NCBI GenBank assembly: GCA_046482545.1
Contig: JAWOEX010000021.1
Coordinates: 192,001 to 256,000, forward strand
Direction: 5' to 3'
DNA length: 64,000 bases
From: Candidatus Thorarchaeota archaeon
GTDB lineage: Archaea > Asgardarchaeota > Thorarchaeia > Thorarchaeales > Thorarchaeaceae
The notes beneath the pieces are model-generated. The model was not told the DNA's origin and ran no database searches. It worked only from the letters and a program-made list of their open reading frames with translations. Shown here in pieces: positions 27,137-35,583 of the stretch; position 1 is the stretch's first letter, and each line of letters opens with the position of its first letter. A program made the translations under genes and the position numbers.

Positions 27137-27712
27137 TCAGGGACGAATCTGGCCGACTAATAGGCGCAGAATGGGTACCCTGACATAACCCCGCTTATTC
27201 AGTTCTTCAATGGGTTTACGCACCTCAATTTTGACATATTTGTCCGGTTCGCTCTCTCGATAATACTGCATGTAAATGTCAGAAAACTCATCAAACGTCA
27301 CAGCATCAAGGAGGCTCTTGGCTACAGAATTGGAAATTCGAATAAAGACATCTTCGTCAGAACAAGTGCCAGATTCAATCTGAACTGGACCCATAGAGTT
27401 CTTAGTGACGTTGAATCGCTCACCCATGACCATAAACTCCAGCGAGAACTCATCTGGAGCGTTCATTCCTCTCGCTGTTTCTTCACTATCGAACAAGAAA
27501 TCCAGCCGCTTCTGAAACGTGGAATGATACGGAATAGCGCCTTCCACACGATCGAGCGGCTTCTCAACAACTTCAGCTTCTTCCTCAGCCCCAATTTCTT
27601 GTTTGGTCTTGGCCTCGGCGGATGGCTCCTCTGTCACTTCTGATTCGGCTTCAACTTTTTCATCTTCTTTTTCCTCCTTACCGAGGAATTTCTTAATCCT
27701 GTCCATAACCAT
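27137..27712 (-). CDS. Hypothetical protein with acidic N-terminal linker and possible SCP2-like domain
   Basis: Long ORF (open to 27757); segment LEFMV..ERFNV...VQIESG....DVFIRIS...AKSLL has an SCP2-like pattern (fold call weak). Confidence 0.55.
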   Translation of the reverse strand: MVMDRIKKFLGKEEKEDEKVEAESEVTEEPSAEAKTKQEIGAEEEAEVVEKPLDRVEGAIPYHSTFQKRLDFLFDSEETARGMNAPDEFSLEFMVMGERFNVTKNSMGPVQIESGTCSDEDVFIRISNSVAKSLLDAVTFDEFSDIYMQYYRESEPDKYVKIEVRKPIEELNKRGYVRVPILRLLVGQIRP

Positions 27713-27805
27713 TTTTATGATTCTCCCGAGTTCATTTTGAACTGAATGAGCACTCAAGCAACACTCTGATTACACCACTAAAAAACATATTTTAGATAGA
27801 GATAT

Positions 27806-28027
27806 TCACGGCGAGGATATCTCTTCCTCAGAAGAAGACTCCTGAAGCTGCGATACAAGCGGGGCAGAAGTGCGTTTTTGTGTTCTTGTGCCCCACAGTT
27901 CATCAACAAGCAAGTCCCGAATAGCGATTCGAATCGCTTCAGATCGATTTGGGTACTTACTCTGTTCTACCAAGTCCTCGATACCGGTAACATACCTTTG
28001 AGGCAAACATAGTGTGACGACTTTCAT
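27806..28027 (-). CDS. Ribbon-helix-helix (CopG/CdrS-like) transcription factor
   Basis: MKVVTLCLP...IEDLVEQSKYPNRSEAIRIAIRDLL; ATG at 28027. Confidence 0.85.
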   Translation of the reverse strand: MKVVTLCLPQRYVTGIEDLVEQSKYPNRSEAIRIAIRDLLVDELWGTRTQKRTSAPLVSQLQESSSEEEISSP

Positions 28028-28442
28028 CTGAATCCTTTGAGTTGTTTGACAAACCAAATAATGAATCGGTGTCTCACTCAGGTTGTCACTGGGATATTAC
28101 TCGCTTAGGAATTAGTAGGCCCAACAGCAGGACCAGTTCTTAGCCTTCGAACAACTTTACCAAAGCCTCTTGAAAAATCGGCTTTGTCTTCGAGCAGCTT
28201 CTTGGGATCCTCAATGATGATTGCAAATACGAATCTTGTGACATTGCAATCATTTGTATCATAGAACATTTCCGGAGGCTTAAGGAACCAATCCTTCTAT
28301 TGCTTCACAACACGCTTCGCGAAATGTCTAATCTAAACGAGTTATCAACAGTAGAAAGCACGAGTAAAGGGCAACATCCAAAGAATAGCACTTAAAGAGG
28401 GAAGGGGGTCATGGAAAGCAGATACACCTGAAGGTGATATGA

Positions 28443-28727
28443 ATGGGAAATCAAGGAAAAGTACGAGCAAGCCACATTCTTGTTGACAAGCATAGTAGAG
28501 CAGTAGAGATCATCAATAAGATTAAGGAAGGAGCCAGTTTCAAGAAGATGGCAAAAGAACACAGCGAGTGCCCAAGCAGAAAGAAAGGCGGGGATCTTGG
28601 CTACTTTACCAGGGGCAAAATGGTGAAGCCATTTGAGCAAGCTGCCTTTGACCTCACAGTTGGAGCCATGACTCAAGAACCCGTGAAAACTCAGTTTGGT
28701 TACCACATAATAAAGAGAACTGGCTAG
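28443..28727 (+). CDS. ppiC: Parvulin-type peptidyl-prolyl isomerase
   Basis: VRASHILV, AKEHSECPS, GGDLGYF..GKMVKPFE, VKTQFGYHII. Confidence 0.95.
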   Translation: MGNQGKVRASHILVDKHSRAVEIINKIKEGASFKKMAKEHSECPSRKKGGDLGYFTRGKMVKPFEQAAFDLTVGAMTQEPVKTQFGYHIIKRTG

Positions 28728-28759
28728 TCTGCTAGTAGGAGAGAACGAAACAATAGAAG

Positions 28760-28794
28760 TTGGACTAAGGCCCGTTTAAGGGCCCGAAGTCCAA
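28760..28794. terminator. Stem-loop between convergent ppiC and fbp
   Basis: TTGGACT-AA-GGCCC-GTTTAA-GGGCC-CGA-AGTCCAA forms a two-segment hairpin in a 78-nt convergent gap. Confidence 0.5.
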
Positions 28795-28805
28795 GAACTA
28801 AACAA

Positions 28806-29927
28806 CTATTCTTTTTCTGGCCGTATCTCTTCTTCAGTAAAGCGATCAGCACATTTGTCTAACACTCTTGGGAGAGTAGTATACTCCATCGCTCTCTCAT
28901 CAAGCCGATGCGGCATGAAGGGGCCATGTCTCCTGAGATACTCCACAGCATCCATTGCTCGCTTCCGGGTGATGTCAAATGCAACATCCTCAAAGAGATC
29001 AACAGGACCAAGCAATTTGCCGTGGGCTACATGAAATCCTAGTCCGATGACCCGGGGAGGACCATCAAATCGTGTACATCGGGAATCCTCCAAGCTGACC
29101 GGCATCAGTGGGCCAATATGAGAGCCACGCATCCATCCCGCCACCATATGAGGTATTGTAAAGCCCTCCAGTATTTCACCCATTGCCGGGAGACCAGAGT
29201 GGCCTCTTACTATAGCCACCGGATCATCCTTGCCGATGTACTTCCCTGCGATCTGGTGGAGTTTGTCAGTGCTTACTGCGGCCGCAGGCATTCCATCATT
29301 ACGGTAGATTTTCTTGATAGTATAGCGACCAGTACTCCCCAACAAAGCCAGAAGGTCGTACGTCTCTTCAGGGCATTTCATTTCAAGGTAACAGGGTACC
29401 TCCTTCTTAATGTCCTGTATAACGAAACTGAAGCCCTCGTGAAAACTGGGATCTATGACCAAACCCGGAGTATTAAAGGGATCTGCAAAGATACGGAACA
29501 ATGGTAAACTGAAAGCACCTGGTTCCGTTTTATCTGCACAGAAAATCGCGAACGGATCGGATTTTCGTTCTTCGATGGTCATTTCCGCAGAACCGGGGCC
29601 CATACCCTTTACATTACCGCTAAAGGTATCTTCAAGCATATCCTGTCCGGCTGCATAGATTTTTCTTTTCCTAGCTTCTTCCGAACCTTTCATGAAGGTG
29701 TTCCATGCAAGCTCATGGACTTCTTCATTGTCCTCTCCCTTATCATGGGTCATAATGAGCTCAAGGTCGTCACCTGCATGTGTTACGTAGTAGTCATTAA
29801 TTATGCCATCTTCTACACCCGCTTTCATGGACTTACGTGCAATCTCCAATAGAAAATCGGGCACTATAACATGTCCAGCCAATGATCCTATGTCGGCCTT
29901 GATTACGCTAAGAGTCGTCTTCACCAT
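28806..29927 (-). CDS. fbp: Bifunctional fructose-1,6-bisphosphate aldolase/phosphatase (FBPase class V)
   Basis: SVIKADIGS..GH, GDDLELIMTH, GQD, DKTEPGAF, GKYIGKDDP (Schiff-base Lys and Tyr), GWMRGSH, MEYTTLP. Confidence 0.96.
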   Translation of the reverse strand: MVKTTLSVIKADIGSLAGHVIVPDFLLEIARKSMKAGVEDGIINDYYVTHAGDDLELIMTHDKGEDNEEVHELAWNTFMKGSEEARKRKIYAAGQDMLEDTFSGNVKGMGPGSAEMTIEERKSDPFAIFCADKTEPGAFSLPLFRIFADPFNTPGLVIDPSFHEGFSFVIQDIKKEVPCYLEMKCPEETYDLLALLGSTGRYTIKKIYRNDGMPAAAVSTDKLHQIAGKYIGKDDPVAIVRGHSGLPAMGEILEGFTIPHMVAGWMRGSHIGPLMPVSLEDSRCTRFDGPPRVIGLGFHVAHGKLLGPVDLFEDVAFDITRKRAMDAVEYLRRHGPFMPHRLDERAMEYTTLPRVLDKCADRFTEEEIRPEKE

Positions 29928-30091
29928 TCACAGCTCGCTCCATCTATTCTTGGTCTTCCAGTATCAGGAGGGTCCCTCCTCAAATCCCATAACAGGCATT
30001 TCGAACCAACCTAGGAGGTGAGCACCCCTTTCGAGTGTTCATTATTATACACACATATAATAGTACCGCAAGAACATAAATTGTATCGAAT

Positions 30092-30994
30092 CTATGAATC
30101 CTTCAGAAGGGTTTTGATTTTAGAAGTCATCTTCAAAGCATCGTCCCAGTGCCTTTGCCAGATGTTTCGCCCGAAAATCAAGCCGGTTGCACCATTTTCC
30201 ATGCATATTCTGGCTTTCTTCAGAATATCCGCATCACTGATTTTACTACCCCCAGAGAAAATAACTAACGTTTTACCAGCTGACTTCACAACCTTCCTGA
30301 CCCTCTGTGCATAGTCCAAGTCCATCGAGTCATAAGGTGAAGGCTGGTCTGCCTTCTTCGCAGGGTCTGTATCAGGCACATTCAGTTTGACAACATCTGC
30401 ACCCAGTTCGTTGGCAACTCTAGCTGCATAATCAACCGCATACAGTGAATCCCTTCCGCCCTTCTTTTCTATGGCTTTGCCACGGGGATATGACCAGACA
30501 ATCAACGGCAATCCAAACCGAGTCGCATTCTGTCTCACTTGCCGCAGCTGTCTAAAATCTGCTACTTGATTGGGAGAACCTATGTAAAGGGTATAGCCTA
30601 CAGCGTCTGCACCAATGCGGACAGCATCTTCCACGGATGCTGTAAGTGGTGATAGGGCTTCCTCATCAGAGGGTATATTCGTTTTGCCATTCAACTTCAG
30701 CACGATGGGTATCTTTCCAGCATATTTCCCTGCGTGTTTTTCGGCAAGACCAATGTGAAGAGCAATTCCTGAGAAGCCACCCTCTATAGCCAATCGAAAT
30801 TGAAAATCGGGATTAATGCTCTCAGGATTTGTAAACATGTCAATTGGGCCGTGTTCCAAGCCCTGATCTATTGGCAGAATCAAAAGCGTGCCATTACCAG
30901 GTCCAAATTGGTACATCATGCGACGTAGCCGCGTCTGTTTTCCCATATTAAGATGGTCTAAGTTCATATCACTGGAGGTCATTCCGATATTCAC
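30092..30994 (-). CDS. fbaB: Class I (DhnA/FbaB-type) fructose-bisphosphate aldolase (probable start ATG 30982)
   Basis: LPIDQGLEHGP, VLKLNG, ASVEDAVRIGADAVG, WSYPRG, LGADVVK, SGG, GRNIWQ. Confidence 0.9.
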   Translation of the reverse strand: MNIGMTSSDMNLDHLNMGKQTRLRRMMYQFGPGNGTLLILPIDQGLEHGPIDMFTNPESINPDFQFRLAIEGGFSGIALHIGLAEKHAGKYAGKIPIVLKLNGKTNIPSDEEALSPLTASVEDAVRIGADAVGYTLYIGSPNQVADFRQLRQVRQNATRFGLPLIVWSYPRGKAIEKKGGRDSLYAVDYAARVANELGADVVKLNVPDTDPAKKADQPSPYDSMDLDYAQRVRKVVKSAGKTLVIFSGGSKISDADILKKARICMENGATGLIFGRNIWQRHWDDALKMTSKIKTLLKDS

Positions 30995-31009
30995 CTGTAT
31001 TGATAGCCT

Positions 31010-31303
31010 CTATGGGTCCTCAACTGATAAATCATCAGATGAGGTTTCTCCTACAGGCCAAGTGCCTAGACGAGATACCCACCAGAAGAGCACTATGCCA
31101 GTATTGATGGTAAGCACCCATATTGCAGCCACAAGGAAAAACTGTGCTATGACAACATAAGCTCCTTCCGGCGGTCTTCCGTACCACAGGTAGGCAAAAA
31201 ACATGGCTACTTGAATGAGAAGCCCAAGTAGAATCATAATCTGAAAAAATAGAAGTGTCTTCTGCTCAGTAGCGAACGTTTTGAAGCGACGGCGTATACT
31301 CAA
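31010..31303 (-). CDS. Small two-TM membrane protein
   Basis: Basic N-terminus and two hydrophobic helices; close upstream of the aldolase. Confidence 0.55.
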   Translation of the reverse strand: MSIRRRFKTFATEQKTLLFFQIMILLGLLIQVAMFFAYLWYGRPPEGAYVVIAQFFLVAAIWVLTINTGIVLFWWVSRLGTWPVGETSSDDLSVEDP

Positions 31304-31530
31304 GGTCTAAACCCTCTCATTACCATATGCAACCTAAGATTTAGTTCTTTTGTAGGGCCTCAGTAGGAGAAAATAGCAGCCTTCCAAGTCAACTTCATGA
31401 GAAATGTCGCCCCGCTGGAAAATTGGTCATTCTGAATGGGTTGTTATTTCGGAATCCTTATCACAAATCTTAGGGGAATGTTCGCACCTGAAAATTGACT
31501 GTCTTGACATCAGTAGATGTGACCGAAAAA

Positions 31531-32694
31531 ATGACAAAAGTAGCCTATCTAAGCAGCTACCCTCCAAGGGAATGTGGGATTGCCACCTTTACTGAGGATC
31601 TTACTACAAGCATTGATGCCCTCCACACCCTTAGCCCAGCGGCCATTATAGCCATAAATGATGAGAAATCATGGTACAGCTATGGTGAAGAAGTGATACT
31701 GCAGATAGATGAGGAGGATAAGGAGTCATATATTGAAGCAGCCCATGAGATTAACAACTCTGAATTTGACCTCATAAACGTGCAGCACGAGTTTGGACTC
31801 TTTGGCGGAGTGTGGGGAAATTATCTCCTGACACTTCTGGATAGCATGGACAAACCGAGTGTCACAACAATGCATACTACTCTGTCCCCTGATTCAAAGA
31901 GGCTGCACTCACTGGGAGAGGTGGCGATGCATAACAATGTTGTGAGAGGGATAGGAGAGAAGAGCTCTGCCATTGTTGTAATGACGCACATGGCTGCTAA
32001 TATATTGCAGAATGAGTATGGAATAGATGCTGATAAAATCAAAGTCATACCACATGGTTGCCCTTCCATGCCGTTCGTACCTAGTGACCAAGAGAAGAAG
32101 GACCTAGGTCTGGAGGGTAGGATTGTACTGTCTACATTTGGTCTCCTGAGTCGAGACAAGGGCATTGAGAACACTATCAAGGCGTTGCCAGATCTTGTTA
32201 GTGAGTGGCCTGAGATACTTTATCTGATCATCGGAGAAACCCATCCGCAGGTCAGACTCCGCGAGGGCGAACAGTACAGAAAACACCTCATGAAACTGGT
32301 GAAAAGTCTCGGGTTAAGAGAGAATGTCAGGTTTTACAATCGCTTTCTGAGCAAAGACGAGTTGGTGAAGTACCTGTTAGCCACTGATGTGTACATCTGT
32401 CCCTACAATATGAAGGATCAACTGTCAAGTGGGACTCTCACCTATGCATTGGGAGCAGGAAAAGCCATAGTTTCTACTCCATTCTACTACGCGCAGGAAA
32501 TTCTGAGTGAAGGTCGAGGTGTGCTGTGTAAGTTCGGAAGTCCCGATTCTATGACCAAGGGTATTAGGAAACTCCTTGATAACCCTAAGGAAAAGGCACG
32601 CATCGAGAAAAAGGCATATGATTACAGTCGTTCCATGACGTGGCCGAGAGTTGCCTCCAGTTATGTAGATCTTTTCGAGAAGCTAGCCGAGTAA
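31531..32694 (+). CDS. GT4 family glycosyltransferase (mannosyltransferase-like)
   Basis: YPPRECGIATFT, QHEFGLFGG, IPHG, TFGLLS.DKGIE, GETHP, SGTL.YA..AGKAIVSTP; ORF open from 31495. Confidence 0.9.
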   Translation: MTKVAYLSSYPPRECGIATFTEDLTTSIDALHTLSPAAIIAINDEKSWYSYGEEVILQIDEEDKESYIEAAHEINNSEFDLINVQHEFGLFGGVWGNYLLTLLDSMDKPSVTTMHTTLSPDSKRLHSLGEVAMHNNVVRGIGEKSSAIVVMTHMAANILQNEYGIDADKIKVIPHGCPSMPFVPSDQEKKDLGLEGRIVLSTFGLLSRDKGIENTIKALPDLVSEWPEILYLIIGETHPQVRLREGEQYRKHLMKLVKSLGLRENVRFYNRFLSKDELVKYLLATDVYICPYNMKDQLSSGTLTYALGAGKAIVSTPFYYAQEILSEGRGVLCKFGSPDSMTKGIRKLLDNPKEKARIEKKAYDYSRSMTWPRVASSYVDLFEKLAE

Positions 32695-32717
32695 GTGAGA
32701 GGTGGATTCCAATCAAG

Positions 32718-33752
32718 TTGCCGTCAATCAATCTTAGTTGGCTTGAATCTCTGACCGACGACACGGGCATTCTCCAACACGCTAAGTTTTCTATTGCCAA
32801 TCGAAAGGAGGGGTACACAACTGATGACAATGCCCGCGCTCTTGTGGCAGTGCTCAAGCACTACGATCTGGAGGGAAAGAAGTCAGTGCTTCAGTTTGCT
32901 GAGAGCTATCTCAGTTTCCTTCTCTATATGCAAAGGGACGATGGAAATTTTCACAACTTCCTAGGATACAATAGAAGCTTTCTTGATGACATGGGATCAC
33001 ACGACTCACTTGGTCGAGTGCTTTGGGCGACTGGTTATACTCAAAATATCAACACTTCGGATGACTTCAGATCAGCAGCAAAAGAGATATTTGATAAAGC
33101 CCTAGTCTGGGCATTGAAGTCGGATTCCCCCCGTACTCAGGCTTTTGCCATTTTAGGATTACATCACTATGCGAAAGCATTCCCAAAGGACGAGAATCCC
33201 CCGTTGAACATTAGCATCCTAGCTGACCAACTCTGTGAGAGGTATAGACGAGAGTCCAAGGACAGCTGGTGCTGGTTTGAGTCATATCTCACCTATGCCA
33301 ATCCACGCCTTCCCCAAGCACTCTTCATGGCGTATCAGACAACAGAAAAGGAGGAGTATCTCACTATAGCCAAGAAGACACTGGACTTTCTTGCTGAGAT
33401 GGATATCGTCCAGGGACTGTTCCAGCCTGTGGGAAATCGGGTATGGCATGTGAGAGGTCAGGAGCGAGAGATCTATGACCAACAGCCTATCGAAGCCTCA
33501 TGCATGGTTGAAGCAGCAATTACAGCCTTCCGTGTAACTCGTCAGGAAAGGTATCTTGAGATGGCCCATACAGCATTTGATTGGTTCATGGGCAGAAACT
33601 CAAAGGGAGTGATGGTCTATAATCCAACCACTGGCGGTTGTTATGATGGAATCACGCCTGAAGGGGTCAACAGAAATCAGGGAGCAGAAGCAGGTCTTTC
33701 ATTCCTATTAGCTCGTCTTGAGATGGAGACCCTGAGCAAAAGAACCCACTAG
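32718..33752 (+). CDS. Helical-barrel glycoside hydrolase-like partner usually fused C-terminally to this GT4
   Basis: LTDDTGILQHA, GYTTDDNARAL, FHNF, WFE..LTY.N, DQQPIEA, GCYDG...VNRNQGAE; TTG start at 32718 inferred (ORF open from 32640). Confidence 0.75.
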   Translation: MPSINLSWLESLTDDTGILQHAKFSIANRKEGYTTDDNARALVAVLKHYDLEGKKSVLQFAESYLSFLLYMQRDDGNFHNFLGYNRSFLDDMGSHDSLGRVLWATGYTQNINTSDDFRSAAKEIFDKALVWALKSDSPRTQAFAILGLHHYAKAFPKDENPPLNISILADQLCERYRRESKDSWCWFESYLTYANPRLPQALFMAYQTTEKEEYLTIAKKTLDFLAEMDIVQGLFQPVGNRVWHVRGQEREIYDQQPIEASCMVEAAITAFRVTRQERYLEMAHTAFDWFMGRNSKGVMVYNPTTGGCYDGITPEGVNRNQGAEAGLSFLLARLEMETLSKRTH

Positions 33753-33777
33753 TTCTGTCTAGAAAGTCAGTGGAAAT

Positions 33778-34662
33778 TCAAGGCAGTAGTTCACTAAGGT
33801 CATACTCAACACCGCACACCACTGTGTCTGCCCCACCATAGTAGACTAAAAGTTTGTCGTCAAGCAAAACACTCCCACAGCTGAACACAACGTTGGGTAC
33901 TTTACCATATCGTTCATAGCTCTCCTTAGGCTCCAGTATTGGCTCCTCTGAGCGATAGAGAATGTCCTCAGGATTATTCTTGTTAATCAGAAGAACGCCA
34001 AGTCGATAGACATAGTTGTAGTCTACACCATGATATATGAAAAGCCAGCCCTCGTTAATCTCAATGGGGGGCCCCGCGGATCCCACTTTCAGGCTGTCCC
34101 AACTATCAGGTCGTGGGTGTATCACTGCCCTCATATCACACCATTGTTTCAGGTCGTTAGAGTATGCCACACACAGGTCGGGTTCGATACGATGATACAT
34201 CACGTATCTGCCGTTAATTTTTCTGGGAAAAATCACCGCATTCTTGTTGTGGATGCCCTCAAAGGGTAACCTTCTCTCACCCCAGTTCCAGTTATGGGAT
34301 AGGAAGTCCTCAAGAGAGATTTGGGTCAGAGAAACTTGAAACGCGTTCATTGGGGTGTTTCGGTAGGCAGTGTAAGTCATCAGACACTTTCCATCCATCA
34401 GAGTGAGTCTTGGATCCTCACATCCCAGGTTCTCACGGATGTTGTCTGGTGAGAAGACTGGTTCAGAATGTCTCTCATCGATTGTGTATCCGTCTGAAGA
34501 GCTTGCATATCCAAGGCGTGAGATTCGGTCATCACCCATTGCACGGTAGAGAAGATGAACCCTATCACCAGCATAGAGGGCAGCAGAGTTGAACACCTCT
34601 CGAGTTTCCCAGTAGTGACCGGCAATTGGCTCTAGGATTGGATTGTTCTTGAAGCGCTTCAT
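33778..34662 (-). CDS. GH130 beta-mannoside phosphorylase
   Basis: VFNSAA, LYRA, GCEDPRL, YTAY, KNAVIFP, YHR, KVG, IYHGV, PNVVF.CG, YYGGAD. Confidence 0.9.
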   Translation of the reverse strand: MKRFKNNPILEPIAGHYWETREVFNSAALYAGDRVHLLYRAMGDDRISRLGYASSSDGYTIDERHSEPVFSPDNIRENLGCEDPRLTLMDGKCLMTYTAYRNTPMNAFQVSLTQISLEDFLSHNWNWGERRLPFEGIHNKNAVIFPRKINGRYVMYHRIEPDLCVAYSNDLKQWCDMRAVIHPRPDSWDSLKVGSAGPPIEINEGWLFIYHGVDYNYVYRLGVLLINKNNPEDILYRSEEPILEPKESYERYGKVPNVVFSCGSVLLDDKLLVYYGGADTVVCGVEYDLSELLP

Positions 34663-34692
34663 ATATCTGTCTCCGGGTGTTATCGTGGTTTT

Positions 34693-35082
34693 CTAGGCTG
34701 TATGCGTGTGATTGGCAAAGAGCTCAGCCAAGATTTCTCGGAGGCTCAGTAGACCCATTATCCGTCCTTGTTCATCAACTACTGGTAGATGTCGTATATG
34801 ATATGTGTCCATGATTCTCTTGGCCTTCGAGAATGTGGCATCTAATGGGACTGTCTTAAGATTTCTTGTCATGACCTTCTTAAGAGGCGTATCTAGAGGA
34901 ACATCGGTCGCCACAACACGAATAGCGTCTCGCTCTGTGAATATGCCCTCACACCTAGAGTCCTCATCTATCACTATCACGGAGCCTATGTGTCTGTTAT
35001 ATAGGTTATCTATTGCCTCTTTGATAGATGTGTCCCCTTGTACAGTAACGACATCTTCAATCATTATTCCTTGGACTTTCAA
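34693..35082 (-). CDS. Stand-alone CBS-pair protein
   Basis: IGSVIV..GIFTERD and HIRHLPVVD..GLLS. Confidence 0.9.
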   Translation of the reverse strand: MKVQGIMIEDVVTVQGDTSIKEAIDNLYNRHIGSVIVIDEDSRCEGIFTERDAIRVVATDVPLDTPLKKVMTRNLKTVPLDATFSKAKRIMDTYHIRHLPVVDEQGRIMGLLSLREILAELFANHTHTA

Positions 35083-35583
35083 TAAGGTGCTCCCCGGTAC
35101 TATAGAGTCTGTAGTTTGGACTATATAAGTGAATGTAAGTGCTCACATCTGTAAGAACTATTGTTATGCATCATAAGATCAACATGGACCATGACTGATA
35201 GACGACTTGTCCGTAGTCCACTTTGGATGTCTTGCAGGGACAATTTTCTTGTGGTTCGGGTTTCATCACTGTGTTATGCCTCGAACCTTTCTAAACCAGA
35301 AGTTTCTTTCTCCATTGACAGAACTCCTCAGAATATCACCAGTTGGATTTCAATGTCAGCAGCTCCGTGTTCTGGTGTAAGTCGCAAGAATGTATTCATT
35401 CTCTCATCAGGCATAATCAATGTTATCACGGTCTACGACACGTCACAGCGGCTTTCCACAGCCCACAATTTAGTTCTCTTGTTAAGTCACAGGAGCGAAT
35501 TGTTGAGTTTTTGGGTTCAATATCCGGAGCAATTATCCTCTATCGTAAATATACATGGTTTACTCTACTCTCTCCAATTACGT

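Noticed and set aside
28105-28269. 54-codon minus-strand ORF upstream of the CdrS-like gene (MFYDTNDC...)
   Set aside because: No motif or SD support; cannot be told from chance without a homology search.
28760-28794. Hairpin as a SECIS element
   Set aside because: No AUGA/GA or clear GAA/A core and no adjacent selenoprotein; a terminator or stability hairpin is the simpler explanation.
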